A program made the translations under genes and the position numbers. Of a DNA stretch of 64,000 nucleotides, positions 58,376 to 64,000 are shown in pieces. The stretch is taken from assembly GCA_040878325.1 (NCBI GenBank), contig JBBDMM010000001.1, positions 1 through 64,000 on the forward strand, in the 5' to 3' direction. The notes under the pieces are model-generated. The model saw only the letters and a list, made by a program, of their open reading frames with translations, was not told the origin of the DNA and ran no database searches. This DNA comes from Acidimicrobiia bacterium (GTDB lineage: Bacteria > Actinomycetota > Acidimicrobiia > Spongiisociales > UBA11373). How positions within the stretch are numbered: the first letter of the stretch is position 1; the number at the start of each line of letters is the position of its first letter.

Positions 58376-59797
58376 CTAGAGCTCGTCCCAATCGACCAGG
58401 CGCACGTACCCAGGGCCGTCATCGGTCGTCAAGCCGGTGTCCATGGCGCCATCGAGGTTGACGGTCGGATTGCCCGAGATCTCGGTGTCGTGGATGTTCG
58501 AGTTCGGCGAGTCGCAGGCCGCTTCGGCGATGAATCCGCCCTCGACCTGGGGATTGCCGTTGATCTTGATCTGCTCATGGGCGGCGACGACCCCGGGAAG
58601 CTCGAGCCTGCCGGTGCCCGACCATTCCACGTCACGGCCGGCGATGACGACCATGGTGTTGTCGGCATGGGCCGAGCCTGCCGTGTAGGGGGCCAGCACG
58701 GCGCTGCCGGAGATGTACAGGTCACCCGCGACCACCGAGTCACACGAGCCCCGCGCGCCGACGATCATCAGGACGCGCCACGGGTTGCCGTTCGTGCCCG
58801 GGCGGTTGGGCACCCGGACGGTCCCCTCGTGGAAGAAGTACGCACCGTCGTTCTTGGTGTTCGTGTCGTAGAGCCACTTCGCCCACTCCTTCGAGTCGCA
58901 ACACCCTTCGAACTTCCACCCGCGATAGGGAGAGGACGCATCCTGGTCCAGCACCTGCCCGGTGCAGGGCTCCGAGCCCACGGATGCATAGAGGGTCGGA
59001 TGTGCCGGCCCCGCCCGAACCTTGCCGTCGGGACACATGTCGTACTCCGACAAGTGCCAGTGGTCGATCGGGATGACCTCGGGGACGATCTCGACGGGCT
59101 GCTGGAAGCGGGTGCCCGCCGGCGGGCACGATGAGTGCATCTTCAGGTTTCCGCTCGCGGTGCCGCCATCCGACGCGGTCAGGCAGCCGTCCTTGAAGTC
59201 GGGGTTGCCGGAGACGTCGACCGAACCGTTGGAGTGCGCCGATGCCGCCGCGCCGTGGAAGGTCGGGTTCCCCGAGATCTTGAGGTCGTCGTTGGTGAGG
59301 AACGCCCAGGTCAGCTGCCAGGACGTCACGGTGATGCCGCCCTCCCAGGTGGCGCGGATGACCCTGACCCGCGGATTCGCGGCGTCACGCTCGGGGCAGA
59401 ACCCGATGGCGTAGACGATCGCCGAGTCGACCGGCCTGATGAACGCTCCCTCCCCTTCGGGGGTCGAGATGAGGTCTTCGCCCTCGACGGCCAACGCCGC
59501 CTCGCGGGCCCACGCCCGCTCGTCGCCACTGCCTACGAGGCTCGCCGGCAGGGCCTCGCCGGTGGTGAACGTCTCGTCGGCTTCGAGTTGTGCCAGCCCC
59601 CATCCCAACGCGCTGTCGGCGGTGGCAAGCGACTGCTCCCAGCACTCGTCGGCGGCGGTGTTGCCGAACTGGGCGATCCCGCGTGTGAGCATGACCGACA
59701 TGAGAACGGCAAGCGTGGCGCCGAGAATTGCCACGAGGGCGAGAGCCGCCCCGCGATCGTCGGCGAAGACGCGTCGAGCGGTCGGCGTTCTCATCAA
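58376..59797 (-). CDS. PilX-like large minor pilin / putative tip adhesin, copy A
   Basis: DDRG|AALALVAILG; paralogous to 55786-57168, sharing CPDGKVRAGPAHP, GWxFxGCCDS and AAHEQI. Confidence 0.75.
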   Translation of the reverse strand: MMRTPTARRVFADDRGAALALVAILGATLAVLMSVMLTRGIAQFGNTAADECWEQSLATADSALGWGLAQLEADETFTTGEALPASLVGSGDERAWAREAALAVEGEDLISTPEGEGAFIRPVDSAIVYAIGFCPERDAANPRVRVIRATWEGGITVTSWQLTWAFLTNDDLKISGNPTFHGAAASAHSNGSVDVSGNPDFKDGCLTASDGGTASGNLKMHSSCPPAGTRFQQPVEIVPEVIPIDHWHLSEYDMCPDGKVRAGPAHPTLYASVGSEPCTGQVLDQDASSPYRGWKFEGCCDSKEWAKWLYDTNTKNDGAYFFHEGTVRVPNRPGTNGNPWRVLMIVGARGSCDSVVAGDLYISGSAVLAPYTAGSAHADNTMVVIAGRDVEWSGTGRLELPGVVAAHEQIKINGNPQVEGGFIAEAACDSPNSNIHDTEISGNPTVNLDGAMDTGLTTDDGPGYVRLVDWDEL

Positions 59798-60312
59798 CCG
59801 CTCCTCAGGTGGATCTCGGTGCTAATGGTCCGCTGCGAGTCGTCGACGTGGGCGACAAGTGTCAAGCGGATCAACGTGATGTCGTCGACGTCGACGTCAT
59901 CGAAGGCGAAACCGCTCTCCGACACCACCAGGCCATCCATGATCAGGATGGACTCCCCGTCGTCCGTCGAGCGGACCAGACTTCCGCCGCTGCCAAAGGT
60001 CCAAGTCACGTGCTCGCCGGCGTCGACGACGAGGTCGGCATCGTCGTCCAGCCACACCGTCACGCTGTTCGATTCGGCACCGACCAGGCCGGCGGCACGA
60101 CGAAGCTCACGGCTCATCACTTCCTTGGTGACGCGGAGGTCTTGAACGGCGATGTCGTCGGATTCATGGACGAGGACCGACTCGGCGCCGGATGCGATCC
60201 AGGTGACAAGACCGACTGCGAGCAGCGAGGTGATGAACATCGATATCCCGAGCTCGACGATCGAGACGCCCGCGTCGGCTCGGTGTCCTGCGAGCACCCT
60301 GGGCGTTGTCAT
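59794..60312 (-). CDS. PilW-like minor pilin, copy A
   Basis: ADAG|VSIVELGISMF; MSRELRRA; C-terminal IHLRS. Confidence 0.8.
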   Translation of the reverse strand: MTTPRVLAGHRADAGVSIVELGISMFITSLLAVGLVTWIASGAESVLVHESDDIAVQDLRVTKEVMSRELRRAAGLVGAESNSVTVWLDDDADLVVDAGEHVTWTFGSGGSLVRSTDDGESILIMDGLVVSESGFAFDDVDVDDITLIRLTLVAHVDDSQRTISTEIHLRSG

Positions 60313-60800
60313 CGCGTCACCGGCTCGGAGACGAGCACCGAGGTGTTGTGGCTCGACGACATCCCACCCTCGACCCATGTCACCAACACGACCACCCGGC
60401 GAAGCCCGTCGCCGGCGTCCGTGACGTACTGCCATATGGTGTAGCTCGTAGTGTCGACCGTCTCGTTGACGCGCGGCGGGATCAGCCCGGCCGGCAACTC
60501 AACGAGCGACTCGTCGGCCTCCAGACCGGCGTCGGCGGCGAGCAGCTGGTCGCCCCCGAGCATCGGAGCGTCTCCGTCGATCCCTGACATCGCGATCGAC
60601 TCCCACGTCAGCGACAGCGCATACTCGATCCGCTCGGTGCCGATGGCCGTAGCCTCTTGCGCCTGGGCGTTGGTCCGCGAGCCCCGCAGGGTGGAGCCCA
60701 TCATCCCGCCGAATGCCGTCACCAGGATCATCGCCACCACGGTGGCCACGGCGGCGTCGATGAGCGAAAAGCCCTCGTCGTCATGGAAGCCATACCTCAT
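60309..60800 (-). CDS. PilV-like minor pilin, copy A
   Basis: DDEG|FSLIDAAVATVV; AQEATAIGTERIEYALS; paralogue of 57677-58174. Confidence 0.8.
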   Translation of the reverse strand: MRYGFHDDEGFSLIDAAVATVVAMILVTAFGGMMGSTLRGSRTNAQAQEATAIGTERIEYALSLTWESIAMSGIDGDAPMLGGDQLLAADAGLEADESLVELPAGLIPPRVNETVDTTSYTIWQYVTDAGDGLRRVVVLVTWVEGGMSSSHNTSVLVSEPVTR

Positions 60801-60807
60801 ATGACAA

Positions 60808-60835
60808 CTGTCGGTAGGCGTTTCGACCACGTTGA
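60808..60835 (-). promoter_or_regulatory. Sigma28/WhiG-type promoter of minor-pilin cassette A (probably leaderless)
   Basis: (C)TCAAC-N15-ACCGACAG, 7 nt upstream of the ATG. Confidence 0.6.
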
Positions 60836-60888
60836 GGAGTATTCTGGCCATCGCCAAAGGACTAGTCCGTGCGACGAGCGTCGCCCGG

Positions 60889-63072
60889 CTATCTATTCGG
60901 CAAGAGCCGATAGGCGTCGTACACGCCTTCGACGCGCTTCATCTCAGTGATCGCCCGGTCGAGCGTGGCGACGTCGGAGAGCTCGATCTCGAATCTGAGG
61001 ATGGCCACGCGATCGCGGCTGGTGGCCGAAGACGACGACACGATGTTGGCCCCGAGATCGGCCAGCGCCGTGGTGATGTCTCGCAGCAGCCGGGGTCGGT
61101 CGAGCGCCTCCACCTGCACCGTCGATCGAAACGACCCCACCTGGTCGGCCGACCATCCGACCTCGATCATCCGCTCCGACCGATCCCCCAGTGCGTCCAC
61201 GTTGGTGCAATCCGAGCGATGAATCGACACTCCCCGCCCCACGGTGACGAACCCGACGATCGCGTCGCCGGGCACCGGTCCGCAGCACCGGGCGACCCGC
61301 ACCAACATGTCGTCCATGCCCTCGACGACGATCCCCCCGGCAGGGGCTCGCCGGGACGGGGCGAAGCCGGTGCCCTCATCCCCTTCCTCCTCGTCGTCCT
61401 CGTACAACTCGGGACGCGCCAGCCGCAACAGCCGGTTGATCACCGTTTGCGCCTGGGTGTTGCCGTCACCCACCGAGACGTAGAGCGAGTCGATGTCCTG
61501 GAACCCGAGCGACTCGGCGACCGCGATCAGGAACTCATCCCGCGTGGCGGCAGTGAGGCCGAGGCCCTCCTTGCGAAGCAGTCGACCGACCTGGTCCTTC
61601 CCCTCCTGATGCGCATGCTCGCGCCGCTCCCGGGTGAACCATTGGCGGATCTTGGCCGATGCCCGCGAAGTCCGAACGAAGGAGAGCCAGTCCCGACTGG
61701 GTCCATCGCTCTTGGAGGTGATCACCTCGACGATGTCGCCGGACTCGAGACGGGTCGACAGCGGCACCAGCCGGCCGTTCACCCGAGCCCCGGTGCAGCG
61801 ATGTCCTACCTCGGTGTGCACCGAGTAGGCGAAGTCGACAGGCGTCGCCCCGCGGGGAAGGGCCTTTACGTCGCCATTGGGCGTCAGCACGAAGACCTCG
61901 TCGCGGTAGAGGTCGAGCTTCAGGCCGGCGAGGAACTCACCGGGCGTCTCGAAGTCGTCAGACGAGTGAGCGAGATCGAGGACCGGGCTTTCGCCGACCT
62001 CCGCCCCCTCTTTGTACCGCCAGTGGGCGGCGATCCCGTGCTCGGCCCGGTCGTGCATCTCCCGGGTACGAATCTGCACCTCCAGCGGCTTGCGATCCGG
62101 CCCCAGCACGGTGGTGTGAAGGCTCTGATAGAGGTTGAACTTGGGCATCGCGATGTAGTCCTTGAAGCGCCCGTGCACCGGCGGCCAGCGGGTATGGATG
62201 ATCCCGAGACTGGCGTAACAGTCGCCGACTTCCTTGGTGATGATCCGGATGCCGACCAGATCGTGGATGTCGTCGAAAGTTCGACCGCCGTCGATCATCT
62301 TGCGGTACACCGAATAGATGTGCTTGGGCCGTCCGGTGACCTCGGCGCTTATCCCCTGATCTGTGAGCAGGCTCTTCACCTCGACCACGACCGCGGCGAT
62401 GTATGCGTCGCGCTCCGGCGCCCGGGCGCGCATCAGGTCGACGACCTCGGCATAACGGCGCGGATGGAGGACTTCGAAGCAGCGATCCTCCATCTCGTGC
62501 TTGATCTCCTGCACCCCGAGGCGATGGGCTAGCGGGGCATACACCTCCAGTGTCTCGAGGGCGATCCGCTCCTGCTTCTCACGAGGCAACGGGTGGATGG
62601 TCCGGATGTTGTGAAGGCGATCGACCAGTTTGATCAGCAGCACCCGTACGTCCTTGGCCATCGCAATCACCATCTTGCGGATGGTCGCGGCCTGGGCCTC
62701 CTCGGTGTTCGAGAACCGGACCCGATCGAGTTTGGTGACGCCGTCGATGAGGGCAGCGACAGCCGGGCCGTACCCCGCGCTCACCTCATCCAGGGTCAGG
62801 CCGGTGTCCTCCACGGTGTCGTGGAGGATGGCGGCCGCCACCGTATCGGCGTCGAGTCCGTACCGAGCGAGGATCAGCGCCACCGCCAGGGGATGGGTGA
62901 TGTATGGCTCCCCACTCATCCGGAACTGCCCGTCGTGCCGTTCCGCGGCCACCTCGTAGGCGCTGTGGATCTTGCGATCAGAGGCGTGGGGGTGATGGCG
63001 TCGGAACTCATCCAGAACCGGGCCGAGCTCGGCGATCACCGCGTCGTCGGGCCGGGCCGGGGTCTCACTCAT
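60889..63072 (-). CDS. relA: Bifunctional (p)ppGpp synthetase/hydrolase
   Basis: SGEPYITHP, LHDTVED, FKDYI, YQSLHTTV and EVQIRT motifs; TGS and ACT domains. Confidence 0.97.
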   Translation of the reverse strand: MSETPARPDDAVIAELGPVLDEFRRHHPHASDRKIHSAYEVAAERHDGQFRMSGEPYITHPLAVALILARYGLDADTVAAAILHDTVEDTGLTLDEVSAGYGPAVAALIDGVTKLDRVRFSNTEEAQAATIRKMVIAMAKDVRVLLIKLVDRLHNIRTIHPLPREKQERIALETLEVYAPLAHRLGVQEIKHEMEDRCFEVLHPRRYAEVVDLMRARAPERDAYIAAVVVEVKSLLTDQGISAEVTGRPKHIYSVYRKMIDGGRTFDDIHDLVGIRIITKEVGDCYASLGIIHTRWPPVHGRFKDYIAMPKFNLYQSLHTTVLGPDRKPLEVQIRTREMHDRAEHGIAAHWRYKEGAEVGESPVLDLAHSSDDFETPGEFLAGLKLDLYRDEVFVLTPNGDVKALPRGATPVDFAYSVHTEVGHRCTGARVNGRLVPLSTRLESGDIVEVITSKSDGPSRDWLSFVRTSRASAKIRQWFTRERREHAHQEGKDQVGRLLRKEGLGLTAATRDEFLIAVAESLGFQDIDSLYVSVGDGNTQAQTVINRLLRLARPELYEDDEEEGDEGTGFAPSRRAPAGGIVVEGMDDMLVRVARCCGPVPGDAIVGFVTVGRGVSIHRSDCTNVDALGDRSERMIEVGWSADQVGSFRSTVQVEALDRPRLLRDITTALADLGANIVSSSSATSRDRVAILRFEIELSDVATLDRAITEMKRVEGVYDAYRLLPNR

Positions 63073-63580
63073 ATCGAATCAGGGCCTGTACCGGGACGTC
63101 TAGACGCGATCGTCCCTGGAGGAACTCGAGTTCAAGAAGCACCGAGACCGCCTCCACCGAGGCACCGGCACCGCTGATCAAATCGACCGTTGCGGCGGCG
63201 GTGCCGCCAGTCGCCAGGACGTCGTCGACGACGACGACCCGCGACCCCGACCCGACCGCATCCTCGTGGATCTCGAGGGTGTCGGTGCCGTACTCGAGGT
63301 CATACGACTGGGTGAACGTGCGCCACGGAAGCTTGCCGAACTTCCTCACCGGTACGAAGCCCACCCCAAGACGGGCCGCGATCGGGGCGCCGATGATGAA
63401 ACCGCGCGACTCGATCCCCACGATCGCGGTCGGCTCCACCACGGCGATCGCCTCGCTCATCAGTGTCACCGCCTCGGCGAACGCCCGCCCATCGGCGAGC
63501 AGCGGGGTGATGTCCTTGAACACGATCCCCGCCGCCGGAAAGTCGGGCACGTCCCGGATGAAAGCCCTGAGGTCGATCAT
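63065..63580 (-). CDS. apt: Adenine phosphoribosyltransferase
   Basis: PDFP..GIVFKDITP, ESRGF, LEYG and VDDVLATGGT motifs. Confidence 0.97.
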   Translation of the reverse strand: MIDLRAFIRDVPDFPAAGIVFKDITPLLADGRAFAEAVTLMSEAIAVVEPTAIVGIESRGFIIGAPIAARLGVGFVPVRKFGKLPWRTFTQSYDLEYGTDTLEIHEDAVGSGSRVVVVDDVLATGGTAAATVDLISGAGASVEAVSVLLELEFLQGRSRLDVPVQALIRYE

Positions 63581-63599
63581 CGGACGATTGTACGGTGAC

Positions 63600-63662
63600 C
63601 GCTAAGCGCTACCGGCTACCCGCTGCCCGCTGCCTCCTACTGGAGACTGGGACTGGAGACTG
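63600..63662. repeat. Heptamer arrays (CGCTRCC)x5 and (ACTGGAG)x~3
   Basis: Period-7 repeats between secF and apt. Confidence 0.75.
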
Positions 63663-63664
63663 TC

Positions 63665-64000
63665 TTATCTCCGCTTGCGGCGCTTGCGGGGTGGGCGGGG
63701 GGCGGCGCCGGATTGGTGGAGGACCTGGGCGGTGTGATCGACGCTGGCGGTGACGGTGCGGGGTGCGAAGTCCTCGACCCCACCCCGCCGCTCGACCCGA
63801 AGGCGTACCCGCTGCCAGTGCTCCTCGCGTTCCTTCCACATACCCAGCAGCGGGGCGGCGAGGAAGATCGAGGAATAGGTACCGACGGCGACCCCGACGA
63901 ACAGGGCAAGAGCGAACTCCCGCAACGTGGTTGCCCCCAGCAGGAACGAACCGACCAACAGCAGCGAACCGATCGGCAACAGGGTGGTGAACGAGGTGTT
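63665..64000 (-). CDS. secF: Protein translocase subunit SecF (3' part only)
   Basis: NTS.TTL...FALALFVGVAVGTYSSIFLAAP; secF-apt-relA synteny. Confidence 0.9.
   Translation of the reverse strand, partial: NTSFTTLLPIGSLLLVGSFLLGATTLREFALALFVGVAVGTYSSIFLAAPLLGMWKEREEHWQRVRLRVERRGGVEDFAPRTVTASVDHTAQVLHQSGAAPRPPRKRRKRR

Overview
High-GC actinobacterial chromosome segment, most likely Acidimicrobiia (inferred from mIHF, actinobacterial-type RpoZ, the 23S domain III insert and gene order). The left end is a minus-strand rRNA operon: a complete 16S, a tRNA-less ITS and a 23S truncated by the window edge. The 23S is interrupted by two group I introns separated by only a 28-nt exon: an ORF-less intron at the E. 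coli-equivalent L1923 site and an L1951 intron encoding a LAGLIDADG homing endonuclease. The rest is mostly the conserved actinobacterial housekeeping backbone on the minus strand: secF-apt-relA, hisS-aspS-rarA-alaS-ruvX-mltG-aroE, aroC-aroK-aroB-pepQ-efp-nusB, mihF-rpoZ-coaBC-priA-def-fmt-rpe, the FMN riboswitch-rib operon, infC-rpmI-rplT, and pheS-pheT-argF-mpg; tyrS is on the plus strand. A type IV pilus system is inserted in two blocks: pilB-pilT-pilC-pilA-pilD-pilM-pilN-pilO-pilP-like, and a tandemly duplicated three-gene minor-pilin/adhesin cassette. Four of its transcription units carry a sigma28/WhiG-type promoter. Other notable points are a PilT fused to a PilB-type N-terminal domain, an intact PyrF homologue that has lost all catalytic residues, an archaeal-type cytidylate kinase in the usual gmk slot, heptamer arrays in many intergenic regions, and widespread leaderless-gene signatures. 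All calls were made by eye, without database searches.
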